Translations under genes and position numbers: made by a program | Assembly: GCA_002104945.1 (NCBI GenBank) | Contig: MCFH01000008.1 | Span: 1,116,001 to 1,180,000, forward strand | Reading direction: 5' to 3' | DNA length: 64,000 bases | Source: Piromyces finnis finn | Lineage: Eukaryota > Fungi > Neocallimastigomycota | Shown: one piece after another, positions 17,505 to 31,384 of the stretch | Layout: every line of letters begins with the position of its first letter | Position numbering within the stretch: position 1 is the stretch's first letter | The notes under the pieces: generated by a model | Database searches by the model: none | Seen by the model: only the letters and a program-made list of their open reading frames with translations | Told to the model about the DNA's origin: nothing

Positions 17505-17750
17505 TTTTTGAAATATATATTAGTGTTGAGATTTTTGTTAAAAAGAAAATATAAGAAGTATTTTAAATTAATGAAACTCCAAAAAATTATAAAATTTTGA
17601 TTTCGAATTATTGAAAATGATTTTTATACAAATTTTAAATTATTGTTGAATTGTTGAATAATTATAAATACAATTATTAAATAAATAATTTAAATTAAAT
17701 ATATATATCTGCTATATATTGTACAAATATAGTACAAAGAAAGATAATCC

Positions 17751-17785
<35 letters not shown>

Positions 17786-19428
17786 ATATATGTTTTAATA
17801 TAACTTATTTTTTCTTAAAAAATTATAAAAAGAAAAAATTAACTTGAAAAATAATTTTATTTATTTGTTTAAATTTAATTTATATTAATATATAATTTCA
17901 TGTAATATAAAAATAAAATTTTACATTTTAAATAAAAATCTCTATTACTATTAGCATAATGAAGTGATATATAAATATATTTTTAAATAAGTGAATGATC
18001 TTTTATAAGAAAAAAACTTGACAATTATTAATTAACTTATAAAAAACCACAACATTATTTTCTTCTATTGATATTTATTTTATTTTATAATGGATTTACC
18101 TTTTTTTTATTTTAAACTAAACTGATAATTAATTGAATTCCATCCACTATTAACAAGATAATATATTTCCCAAAAATTTTTAATAAAATGATTTAAGTCG
18201 CATTCATTTATTATAAAAAAACGTTTTAAAATAATTTATTTATTAACATAAAATAAAATGAATATTTTTATAAATACATATTCAAACCAGTGAATAAAGG
18301 TATCAAAGTATAAATTTTAAATTATACCTTTTGATTAATATATCAATTTTTTAATATTTTTATTTTTAACAAATATATACGTATATACTGTGTATATACA
18401 TTTGCAAATATTTAAATTCACCTTTCATAATATTAGCTTTCATAATATTATTTAAGATTTAAATAATTATTGGTTTAATTAATTATATATTTATTTGACT
18501 TTTTATTAGAATATTCATATATTTATCATATGTTTTCCCATAAAAGCATTAATACTTAAAATTTAATACATTTATTTCATAAAAACACATTTACATTTAT
18601 TAAATCATATGTTATTTATTATTACTATACCCATTAGATATAATTAATTTTATAATTATAAAATAACAAATTGTTTTTAACATTTTTATGTAATTTTAAT
18701 TTTTAATATTTTTTTCGGGAATCTTAATTTACTATTTTAAAGGGAAGAAATATTATATAATAGAGTGATTAAAATAGAATAATATATAATATATAATAAA
18801 TATTTTGTCAATAACTCATTAATAATAATAATAATAACATTATTATTTTATTGAATATTAGAACTATCTACTGTTATAAAAAAAAAAAACTTTATTAAAT
18901 TATTCAATATAAGTTAAATTCTAGTTTTCATTGTAGAATTTTAACAGCAAATTTTAAAGATAATAGCAGTAATTAAGTACTAAAAACTAAAAAGATAATA
19001 AAATAATAAAACAAAATTCTGTTTTTTTAATTATTACAAATTTAAAACAATAATAAAATGTAAATTATAGATAAATATAAATATATGATAATTTTTAAAA
19101 TTTTATTATTATTTATTATTTCTTTTTTAAAAATATATTTAATTTAGATAATTAATAAAAATAGTTCTTTACTTTAAATTCATTAAATATTATATACCTT
19201 TTTTTTTTTTTTTTCAAAATTAAAAAAATTAAAACATCAATAATAATAATAAAAAAAACATTAATTATATATATTATTAATGAATATAATAAATAATATT
19301 ATATAGCTCATATAATAATCACCATAATATATACAGATTTTTTAACTGGAAAAATATTCTTTATAAATGCTTATTTAAGACTAATAATATATATAGAAAA
19401 ACCCTTAATAATCAAATAATTATAAAAA

Positions 19429-22400
19429 ATGTCAAATGTTAGTATATAATATATACTATTGTAAAATTTCATTTTTATCGGTTTTTAACTTTCGTTATAT
19501 ACGATTTTTATGCATTACTAAATTTTTTTTAAAAAAATAATCAACTTCAAAAGTATCAAAATGAAGAAAAGGCTGCTATAAATTTTATCGAATCAACACT
19601 AGGAGAAAGTCTCTCCATTAATGACAATATTCAACGAACTTTAAGAAGTGGTGTAATACTCTGCAGGTAGTTATTAAAGGTGTTAAAAGAAAAAAAAAAT
19701 TTTTTATTATTAAAAAATTTTTATTTAATACATATAATAAAAGAATTATACAAAAAGTTAAACCCGAACTGATGCCAAGAATTAGTGCAAGACCACTTCC
19801 ATTTTTACAGGTTATTCTTCTTATAATATATTGTATTATTGATAATATGAAAATTAAATATAAACATAAATATTTTTAATCAGTTGAAATATGTTTGATA
19901 TTTTTTTTTAAAAAAATAATGTTAATAATTAAAATATTATATAATATTTATTTATTATTTAATATTCAACAATAAGATGGAGAATATTCACAATTTCCTT
20001 AATGCGTCTAAAGAACTTGGTGTAAAGCCAGATAACCTTTTTCAAACTTCAGATTTATATGAGGGAACAGATATGAATAAGGTAAAATAACATAAAATAA
20101 CAAGGATAAAATTTTAAAAAATTGCAGAATAAAAAAAACTAATTATATATAAACTCCCCATTATATAAATATATATTACAACTAAAAGGTTTTTCATACG
20201 TTGATATCCTTAGATAAGGTTTTAAAAGGGGAAGATGATGATAATTTAAATATTGAGATTTCAAACAATTCCTTAAATAAAAAACAACCAAATTCAAACA
20301 AAAATAGAAGTAAACATGTATCGACAATCGAAATATTTGAACAATCACAGAGAAATAATTCGGCAAGAGTTTCGCCAATTGATGACGATAAGGAAGTTGA
20401 ACAATATGTAATTTTCTTTTTTAAACAACTTATAATATTCAATATATTTAATTAACGGATATGTATTAACTGTGATTAAATTATAATTTCACATTGAATT
20501 ATTAAATACGATTCAAAAATAAAATAAAAAAGCAATTAGGAAATGGGATTGGAAGAGGTCAGTTTGGATGTGTTTATAGGTATTACAATAATTAATATGA
20601 TAAAATACTTCAATATTTTTTTAAAAATAATTAGAAAAAATTAATAACCAAAAATGTTTACTAGAGCACTAAATTTAGTAACAGGTCAAATTGTAGCAAT
20701 AAAAAGAATAAAACTTGAAGATCAAAATAAAGAAGATATCGATTCATTAATGGTTTGTTCATAATTATTAAAAAGTCAAATTAATTGAATAGGAAAAATG
20801 TATTAAAATTTAATTAATTATAAAATAGCAAGAAGTTGAATTACTGCAATCATTATCACACCCATGTATTGTTAGTTATTATGGATTTATTCTTAATGAA
20901 GAATATTTAAATATTATTTTAGAGTACGTTCTTTCCAATATAATTATTCAAATATATAAAAGAAGAAAAAAAATTTTAAATTAAAATCTCTAAAATTTTT
21001 AAATTTATAATTAGATTTGTAGAAAATGGATCCTTATTAAATACCTTAAAGTCATTTGGTAATTTTCCTGAAAAATTAATAGCTAATTATACAGTAAAAA
21101 TATTAGAAGGTTTAGAATATTTGCATAAAAAAGGAGTAGTCCATTGTGATTTAAAAGTAATTTAGTAAAAATATAGATAATATTCAAATATATATATAAT
21201 ATCAATTATTAATATTATAAAATTTATATGATGGATAGGCAGCAAATGTTTTGACAACAAAATCAGGAGATGTAAAATTAACAGATTTTGGTGTAAGTAG
21301 AAGATTAAATGTAATGGATGAAAAAACAAGTGCTGTTGTTGGAACCCCAAATTGGAGTATATATAGATAAATAAAATAACATTACTTTCAGTACTATTTT
21401 TTTTAATTAAACTATATAATATATTTTTTAAATATAGTGGCTCCAGAAATTATAACATTAAGTGGAATAGTTCCACAATCAGATTTATGGTAATTTAATT
21501 TTTAAAAATAAAAATTGTTTTTAAATTATAAAAATACTCATTATTTATAAATAATGAATATTATAACATTGAAATAGGAGTCTTGGATGTACAATAATAG
21601 AATTATACACAGGAAAACCACCATATTCAGATCTCTTACCAATGGCAGCTCTATTTCATATTGTTGAAGGTAAAAATAATTATTAAAAAAGTCCTGTCCT
21701 TTACATGTACAATTAATAAAAATATCAATTTTTTTAATATAAATGTTTCATTTTTTTCTTAATATAGATTCTTGTCCACCACTTCCTGAAGATATATCAG
21801 ATGTAATGTTTAATATTTATAAAAAAGTGTCATATTTAATATTAACTCTACTTTAATATATAATAATACTCTATTAAATTATTATTATAGGAACTGGTTG
21901 ATTTCTTACATATATGCTTTAAAAAAGAACCATCAGAAAGAAAATCAGCTACAGAATTATTAGAACACAAATGGATTTTACATAATGCGCATCATGTAAA
22001 TAAAGATTAAAATCAATATTGAATAATTTTTATAATACAATAATATTATTTATTACAATTACATTATTAAATTAAAATCCACAGTAAAATGCATTCTCTC
22101 AACTGAATGTATATATATTTATATATATAAAACAATACATAAATATAGGAATATATATTATAATATATATCTTAATGAAATAAATAATTATTAACTGATG
22201 CTATAATCAATATCCATATTAATTTCAATTTAGTGTATTTCATTAATGCATATCAATAATAATATGAAATATGAAGAAAAAAAAAAAAAAAAAAAAGAGC
22301 ATAAAGTTTTATAATAATATAATTTTTATTAGTGGATTAATATATATTAAATAATTATTAATTGATAAAGAATATTTTATCTCTTTAATATCTATTATTG

Positions 22401-23364
22401 CTATTTTTTTCTCGTAATATTGTTTTTATTGATTAATAATTTGAAAAGTATAATAAATTATTAATTTTTTAATTTTAAAAAAAAAAAAGTAATAAAATAT
22501 GAAAATATTAAATTTTATATATTATGATATTTTGAAATTTATAATATAAAATATTATTTTATATTTTTCTTTTAAATGAATAATATTAATTTAATATTAA
22601 AAATTAGTATTTTGTTTAATGAACTATTTTATTGATCTGTTATTTATTATTGTTTATTCTTAAAATATTATTTGTATAAATAGGATCCAAGAAAACGCAT
22701 TCTTATTGATGTAAAATCGAATAAACAAATAAATAATGTTAATAATTCAACAAATACATTATATAGTCCAAGAGTACAGTCTAAGTTATATTCAACTAAA
22801 TCAAATCAAAGAAATTCATATAAAAGTGAAGGAAATATAAATAAAGATGAAACAATTGTTAATGATATAGATAGTATGGTAGATAGTGTTGAGTCTCTTA
22901 ATCTTAACAAAAGGAAAAATTGTAGATCTGAATATATAGAACCTGCGATGATGAAACAAAACTCTCTAGGTAGTTTGTTGCTACGATCAAAGACATTGCC
23001 TATTAAAAATAATGAAAAAATAAAAAAAAATTTATTAAAGGAATATAAACATGAGATAAAAATGGAAGAAAAGAAAGAAAGGAAAATGCTTATCGAAGAA
23101 GAAAATTTTTGCAATGATAATGGTTGGCTTAGTGGGCCGGCAGGTTTACAGATGATAAATGAAAGTAATAATATCCAAACAAATAATAGAAGTGACCAGC
23201 AGAGAAGAAGAACACTTCAAGTACCAGAATATCATACAAGACATCATTCATTGTCCTTACCATTATCTCAAGATAAATGTGATTATACTGATAAAAAAAG
23301 ATATAGAAGAAAAAGTGCATTATCACAAGATAAAGAATATAATAAGGATTGTATTGTTTCATAA
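19429..23364 (+). CDS. Calponin-homology (CH) domain + STE11/Cdc15(SepH)-like Ser/Thr kinase, multi-exon
   Basis: CH domain: [59 protein letters not shown]. Kinase: [64 protein letters not shown]. The last exon 22684-23364 is in frame with ORF 22876; its linkage across a 688-bp intron is less certain. Confidence 0.85.
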
Positions 23365-23912
23365 AAAAAAAGACAAATATAATATTTTTATATAAAATAT
23401 TATTAGATTTTATCATTTAAATACAATTAAAAAAATTGTTTTTAATTTTTTATTATATATTTATAAAAAAAAGTTGAAATAGATTAACTATTATTATTGA
23501 TAATAAATAATCCCATAATAAACTAAACTATTAATATAACAAATAAATGCTCTATTATGATCTTTAATAACATAAATTTTATTTTTCTCTTCAAATTTGG
23601 TTTTATATTTTTCATTCTTATATTAATTATTAAATTAAAAAATTTTTAATGTAAATATTGCTAAGTCAATTTACTATAAATATAAAAATAATTAATTTTA
23701 ATCTATTGTAAGAATTTGTTTTTTTTTTAAATATTTAAAAAAGTTCTTTTAATAATTAATTCTATTTTTAATTTATAAATTTTGTTATAAATTACAATAA
23801 TATTATTTTTTTTATTTATTTATTTATTTTTGTTTATGTATCTTATTGTAAATACACCAAAATATCAAATATAAAAAGGCAAAATATATATTGAATATAC
23901 CTTTTAAAAAAA

Positions 23913-26462
23913 ATGGAATATGAATTTATTGAACAGACTTCAAAAAATGCAAATATAAATGTTTGTTTATATAAATCGCTTAATACTTTAATAAATGCAT
24001 TAGAAGAATTACTTCAGTCAAAAAAAATTCAGGAAGTTTATGGAAAAATCTATAATTCATCAGCAGTTTATAAGAAGGTGAATTATAAAAAACAACCAAA
24101 TAATAATTTTAAATTTTCATTCAATAATAAATTAACTTCAAGTAATAATATTTTATCAAAAAGAAAACGTCATTATGAAGATATTATATATAAGGAAAGT
24201 AAATCGCAGCGCCTTTCAAATTATTTATCAAATCATTTAAGAGTAATGAATGTTCAAACATACCCAAATTCTCAATTTCAACCTGAAAAGAATTCCAAAT
24301 TTAATTATAATCAAAAAAATATATTTATAAATGAAAATCGTAAGTATAAAATAATATATAAATTAATGTATAAATTAAATATTTTATGGAAATAATTAAA
24401 TCTCATTAAATGATATATTTATTCTTTAAAATAGTTAATTATAATAATAAACCATTAATAAATGAAAATTCTCAATATAAATTGAATCTAATTCAGGAAA
24501 AGAATAAATTTAATGATTTGAGTAATAAATTTAATTATGATATATATATAAATCGATCAGTAAATACAATATATCAATGGATGGAATATCAAAAAGAAAA
24601 GCTTGGAATGAATGAAGAAGAATATAAGAAAGAATGGGAAATTAAAAGAAGTAAACTTGAATATAACATATCATTATTTGAAAATAGTGTTTTAAAGGAT
24701 TCTTATGATGACATGAGATCTATCATTCAAGAAATAGTCGTTTCATTGGAGTATCTTTCTGGTGGTTGTGTTGAGGAATTAAAAGTGGGTATATTATATT
24801 ATAAATACATAATAACATTATATTATTAATTATAAAATTTATCTTTATTAATATTATTTTTTTTATTAATTGTTATGGCAAAAAAAAAATAATTACTATT
24901 AATATTTTTTAGGATTTAATACCAGCATGGAAAAATTCACATTATTATATTTTTAGCACTCTAAATTATATTCAGGTAAATTTTTGTAAATAGTAAAAAG
25001 AGTTTAAAAAAATAAAAAGAATAAAAGAAATTCATTTATTATTATTAATCGCTTTTTAATTTATTAATTATAGATTGTAGAAGATATGAAAGATTTTATA
25101 TCAACATCTTATGAAATGAATGATTCTATTGATATATATATATTTAACCTAAAGGAAATTATTAAAGATAAGAAAGAAAAATATAATGATATTTTAAAGA
25201 CCAATGGAAAATATTGGAGATCCATGAGTTTTCCTGTTAATGAAAACTTAATAAATGAAGTTAAAAATAGGATTTACTCATATTTATATATTGGTCATTT
25301 AAAAATGAATCAATTACTAGATGAAAATAACATATACCAATGTAATTATAATACAAAAAATCCAGTTATAATCAAGGTAAAATAGAATTATAATTTATAC
25401 TAAGTATTTTCACTGATAATTAAATGTATATCTTTATATAAATGTTATTAAGAATTTATATATATTTACTTAATTTTTTTTATATATAAATAATAAATAA
25501 CTGAATATAAATAGTGGATGGAAAATTTATTTGAATTATTTCAACTTTCTGAAGAATGCTTTGAATTCATAGATGATTCATGTCCTAATAATCTAGTTGG
25601 TCAATTATTAATCTCTATAATTTATTATTTAAAACATTCACTTTTTTTATTAAAAAGTAATGATATTTTAATTGTAAATAATCAATTAGTAACCAAAATT
25701 AAAAATGAAGCACAGTATTTTGTTTTATTTGAAAATTGTTTACAAATACTAAGATTTATAAATACTATTTTTACTAAAAATTCGGAAATTGCTTATAATA
25801 TGATAAATTCAAATATAATGAATAGTGAAGAATTTAAAGAGAATTTAAACACATTCATTAAGATTAACAATTCAGACGAACAAATGGACAATAATCAAAT
25901 ATATATAAAATTCAGAAAATTAATTGATTTATTCCCTCAAATAATTACAGAACTTGGAATAAATTTATTTCTTCAAATACCCAATATTAATAATGTATCA
26001 AGAATTAAATTAGGAATATCGCTAAGTTATAAATTTATTAAATTAATTTCTGATATATCTGTAAGTAATTTAGAAAAAATAAATGAAATCAGAAAACAAA
26101 ATCATTTGAATAAAGAAGAGTTTACTATAATTACAAATGATAAATTAAATAATAAAAACACCAATTTTGATGACCCTGATAATGCAATATTAAATAGTAC
26201 AAGTAGTAGCTGCAGTAGTTATATCGATAATAATTTTGATTTAGATTGGAGAGGTTCAACAAAAAATAACATAATGGATGATCCAAAAATCAATGATATT
26301 ATTAAATATTATTTAAAAATTAACTATGGTGAACTACAACGTATTCAAGTATGTATATTAAAAAATATATATATTCATATTTATATACTAAAACTAAAAA
26401 TATTTTCTTAATAATATTATTAAATATAGAAAATACAAGAATATATTGAAGAATCATTTTAA
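23913..26462 (+). CDS. Hypothetical protein, no family recognised; about 6 exons
   Basis: ORFs 23913, 24410, 25086 and 25518 link through GT-AG introns, and the terminal exon 26430-26462 (KIQEYIEESF*) is in frame. Confidence 0.65.
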
Positions 26463-26474
26463 TTCATATAAAAA

Positions 26475-26510
<36 letters not shown>

Positions 26511-27223
26511 CATGTTTATATTATTTTTATTTATTAATAACAGTACATTTGTTATTATGTTATAATTTATTAATATAATATTACTATCTATCTATAACAA
26601 ATGGTTAAAGCCTTAATGTGTATAGTATTAAGTGAAAAAATAAATAAGTTTAATTAAAACGAAAATGATTAAAAACTTTATATTTTTATTATATTTTTTT
26701 AACATGAAAATGTTATGATTCAATTAATTAATTCATATTTTGTTATAAATTTTAATAACATATTTTATTTTGATAGTATTAAAAAGAATGTTCATTTTAT
26801 ATATATTTTTAGTTGGAAAAGATAAATTCACCTTTAAATATCTAAATTATTATTATCTTATTATCTTATATAATTATATTTATTTACAAAATATTTAAAA
26901 ATACTGCTTTAATTTATAATTACTTTTATAATTTTTCTAAATAAATCCCAAATACATTAATATATTTATTTCCCCTTTTGAATTGAATTATATAAATCTT
27001 TTGCTTTTGATCCTTTTAAATTTATAATACCTAATAAAAATTAATGAATAATTAGTATATAGATCATTAAATTATTATTTACTAATAGTATAGATTATTT
27101 ATAATTTTATTTTTTTTTTTTTTTACTCATACATATTATATTTACCTCAAATAATCATTTGGATACGTTATTATGATATATATATATATTAAACTTTGAA
27201 TAACTTCATAAAATTAATTTACT

Positions 27224-30200
27224 TTATTTTATTGTTGTCTTTGTTTTTTTATTTTTGTTATTATTCTTCCTTTTACTTTTATTTCTGTTTTTATTATTAC
27301 TGTTATTATTTTTATCGTTATTATTATTATTATTATTATCGTTATTATTATCGTTATTATTATTGTTATTATTATCGCTATTTTTGTCGTTATTATTAAT
27401 GTTATTATTATTGCTATCATTATCGGTATTATTGACATTTTTGCTAACATCCTTATTATATTCATTTCTTACTTTAAATTGGATGAACCATATTTTTGAT
27501 TCTTTATCTTTTATATTCTTGATCATATATTGATTCCCTATAAAATAAAGCATTAATTAATATATATTAATAAAAATATTATTTATTTCAAAATTAGTAA
27601 TATTAAAAAAGTAAAATTTCATTCTGTAAAAACTAATTTAAATAATATTAACCTCTAGGAATCATAAAATGATCACCTGCATATGCATTGAATGTTGTTT
27701 TATGAATTTGAACAGAAATTTCACCAGTCATAACGAAAAAAAACTATTTTTTTTTTATTATCATTTTATCAAATATATTAATTAATTGATACCATATATA
27801 TTTTATAATTTATAAATTTAAATGTAACTCACTAATATATTATCTTTTGAATTTCTATTTGGCTTAAATGAACCTTTTGGAAATAACAATAATCCAGTAG
27901 CATAAGTTAAATCCTCAGAAAATATTCTTGTAAATTTATAGGTACTATTATTAACAGGTTGAGGTTCTAGCATTTTTTGGGTAGCAACAAGTTCTATTGA
28001 GTTATACATTAATGTCAATTAAATAATTATACATAATAATATATATTAGGAAAAATATTAAATTAGTATTAAATTATATTGAAAATATATATATATATAT
28101 ATTAAACTAATCTTTTTAAATAATATAATATAATTTATAATTATTTCTGCATATCGAACAATTACTTTGTTTTACTATTTTATTTGTTTTTACATCAAAT
28201 ACTGTAATTTCAGTTCTGTAGTCACGAGAATTAGACATTGAATAATCTATTTCATTTAAATCATTTAAACCTTTGATTGGACTTGTTGTTGCATTTACCA
28301 TTTTAACTACTGGGCGTGGTTTTTCATTTTCATCTTCTTTCTTAATTGTTTTTTTAGTTCTTTTTTTCTTTCTCGTCCATTGATTCTTTTCTTCTTCTTC
28401 TTTTTCTCTTTTTAATTGCCTTTCCTTTATTTGTTCTTCATTTAGTATTAATAAATCTTCGGGTCTTTCACCTTCCCAATATTTACATGGTGGTATCCTT
28501 TTTCTTGAACTTTTTCTTAATTGTACTCCTTCATCATCATCATTTCGTTTTCTTTTATTGGAACTTGTACTTGAAGCGGATTTCCCTTTTCTCTTACTTT
28601 TTTGCTTTAATATTGGTATATTGATTTGAATATTTATCTCTTTATCATTAATATTCTCTTTATCACTTTTATCAGATAAATTTTCTTCAATATTATTAAT
28701 ATCTACTGGAAGTTCATTATCTAATAGATCATTTTGGTTATAATTAGTGAAATCGTTTGGAATATCAACATCATAATTATCTACAACATTATTATCATTA
28801 TCATTATTAATCATTTCATTTGAAATACTATTTATGTTTTTATTTACTGATGAAAATGTCTTGAAAATTTCACTATTATTATTTTCATTTGGCAGATCTA
28901 AATTTTGATTTTCTACTTCCTTATTAGCAATTTCTTCTTTACTTATACTATTGATAGAATTTTCAATTGGATTCTTATTTTGATTAATATTATTTATATC
29001 CAAAATTACCGATTTATTTTTCAAATTACTATTTTTTTCATATTTATTCTGAGCTACTTGAGCTATTGAATATGTTGATTCTCTAGCTATACTCATTTCT
29101 GAAGTACTATTACTACTCATATCTTCATATTCATTTTGTAAATTTTGATTTTGATCAACAATATCATTTTCTACAAAATTAGTTAAAAATCTTTTGTTAT
29201 TGTCTCCAGTAATTAATAATCTTTCGGATTTTCTTCTCGATTGTTTTTTCTTACTTGATAGCGATTGTATATTTTGATATTCTAAATTTGGAGATAACTC
29301 ATGATTTTTATCTTTATTTTTATTTTTATTATCATTTAAATAATATGTAACTTCTCCTGAATCTCCACTTTCATATTCATATGCATCATCTGATTCTGAA
29401 TTGGATGAATAACGTAAATCAAGTTCTGTTTCGGTATCTGAGATTCCATATTTATTTTGTAATTCAAAATTATTTGAAGATTTTCGTTTTTTATTATTAA
29501 CATTTATTATAAATTCATCATCAGAAGATGATTCGGTTTCAAATACATCTTTTTCATTATCACTACTTTCACTTTCTCCTTTTATATCTTCATCATACTC
29601 ATATATTTTATCATGAGTTATTGAATTTAAATTTTCTTGGTTATTAATTTCATTACTTGAATTTGTATTAGATTTTGCTTCCTGTAATGTTTCATACGAA
29701 TATAAAGATTCATTTTCATTATTTAATTTTGAAGCCTTCAATACTGAATTTAATACAGGTGTCATATCAATTTTTGATTTTGAAGGTGTTTCATTTATAA
29801 TTTTTTGAAGTCTTTCTGCAGCCTCTGTTAAAATTTGATTAATTAATTAATAATTAAATATTCATTATATTTATCAATTCTTGATTTAACTAATATAATA
29901 ATAAATAAATAAAAATGTTTTTATTTACCTTCAAGTGACATAGATATTTCTTTATTATTGTCCTTTATTTTTTTATTATCTATAAGTGTATTCGTATTCA
30001 AATTATATTCATTTAATAATGAAAATTTATTTTAAGATTAAAAATTTAAAATTACTCTTACTTTGAATTAAATTCGTATCTTTTTGTTCATCATCCTTTG
30101 TACTTATTTCATTTTCTTCAATATTTTCATTAATAATAGTACTATCATCAATTCCATCGGTTAACTCGTCAAATTCATCAAAATTATTAAAATCATCCTT

Positions 30201-30532
30201 ATCATCTGGGTCATCACTTTCTGATTCATCTTCACCAAAGAAATCTGATATATTATCCATTCCATCTGAATCTTTTTCTACACTTTTACGTCTCTTTCCT
30301 GTCTTCCTGTTTTTTATTTTTTAAAATAATTTTTCAGATTTATATAGTATATATATATATATTGTAATTATTATTTGAAAACTTTACTAGTAAAAAAAAA
30401 AAAAACCTAATTCTTTTCTCAAAATGATAATAAAAGATTAATAAATGTACTAATTAATTTACTTATATATAAATACCTTCCAACATTAGCAATGTCATAA
30501 AAATAACTTAAATGTTTCTCTGGCATTAACAT
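27224..30532 (-). CDS. MIF2: Centromere protein CENP-C / Mif2; about 7 exons
   Basis: Mif2_N-like NVGR|KTGKRRKSVEKDSDGMDNISDFF, CENP-C motif LRKSSRKRIPPCKYWEGER (about 28461-28525), and C-terminal cupin TGLLLFPKGSFKPNRNSKDN..FFFVMTGEISVQIH..GDHFMIPRGNQYMIKN. Confidence 0.88.
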
Positions 30533-30910
30533 ATACTAATAATAAAACAGAAAAATTGAACAATTTTATATTGAATGGATTAATATTTATAAAAATGTTT
30601 TAAATTCAATTAATATTTATATAGAAACAAAAATTATAATAGAGAAAATATTTATTTATGAATCTTAAATACTATTCTTTACATTATCAACATTACTCTT
30701 ATTAGAATAAGAGTCTTGTGAGCTTGAATTTCTCTCAATCAGAGAAATTTCCATATTCATAAATTATCACTTTTTAATTATTTAAGATATAAAAAATTTT
30801 TTATAAATTTTTATATTTAATTAAACATATTATTCAAATTATAATAATTTCATAATTTAAAAAAAAAATTTTATATGTAAAATTATTGATATTATTTTAC
30901 TGCTCAATAT

Positions 30911-30912
30911 AT

Positions 30913-30959
<47 letters not shown>

Positions 30960-30960
30960 T
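30911..30960. repeat. (TTTA)n microsatellite
   Basis: About 12 perfect ATTT units in the divergent intergenic region between CENP-C and the next gene. Confidence 0.9.
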
Positions 30961-31384
30961 TTTTTTTGAAATATAATATATAAAATAAAGTATATAAAAT
31001 AAAGTTTTCATTTCCTATTTACAAAAACTATATTTCTTTTGAAATTTGATAATAATTAAACTTTATTGTTTTTGAAAAAAAATTGAAAAAAAAAAGATTT
31101 ATTAATTTGTTTATATAACCATTCATTTTTAAATTTCGTAGTAATTCTTTAAATTGTACTTTTAAAATTTTCAATATCAAAGCATCTATTAATACCATTA
31201 TTTATCACCAATATATGAATATACATAAAGCTTCATATATAACTGATTATTACATGATTTAAAATATATAATAATTGTTAAACAATGTTGTTTCAATAAA
31301 TAAATTTTAAATAAATTAAAAGCATATTATTATAATAATCATTACTTAATAATTAATTCTTAAATCAATATCAGTAATTCAAAA

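Noticed and set aside
26466-26507. Long poly-A and poly-T runs (also near 10186, 40658, 41046, 42688)
   Set aside because: Common homopolymers in this very AT-rich genome. They have no associated target-site duplication or retro-element body.
27196-27533. Poly-Leu, poly-Tyr and poly-Ile ORFs
   Set aside because: Alternative frames of the (AAT/GAT)-rich last CENP-C exon.
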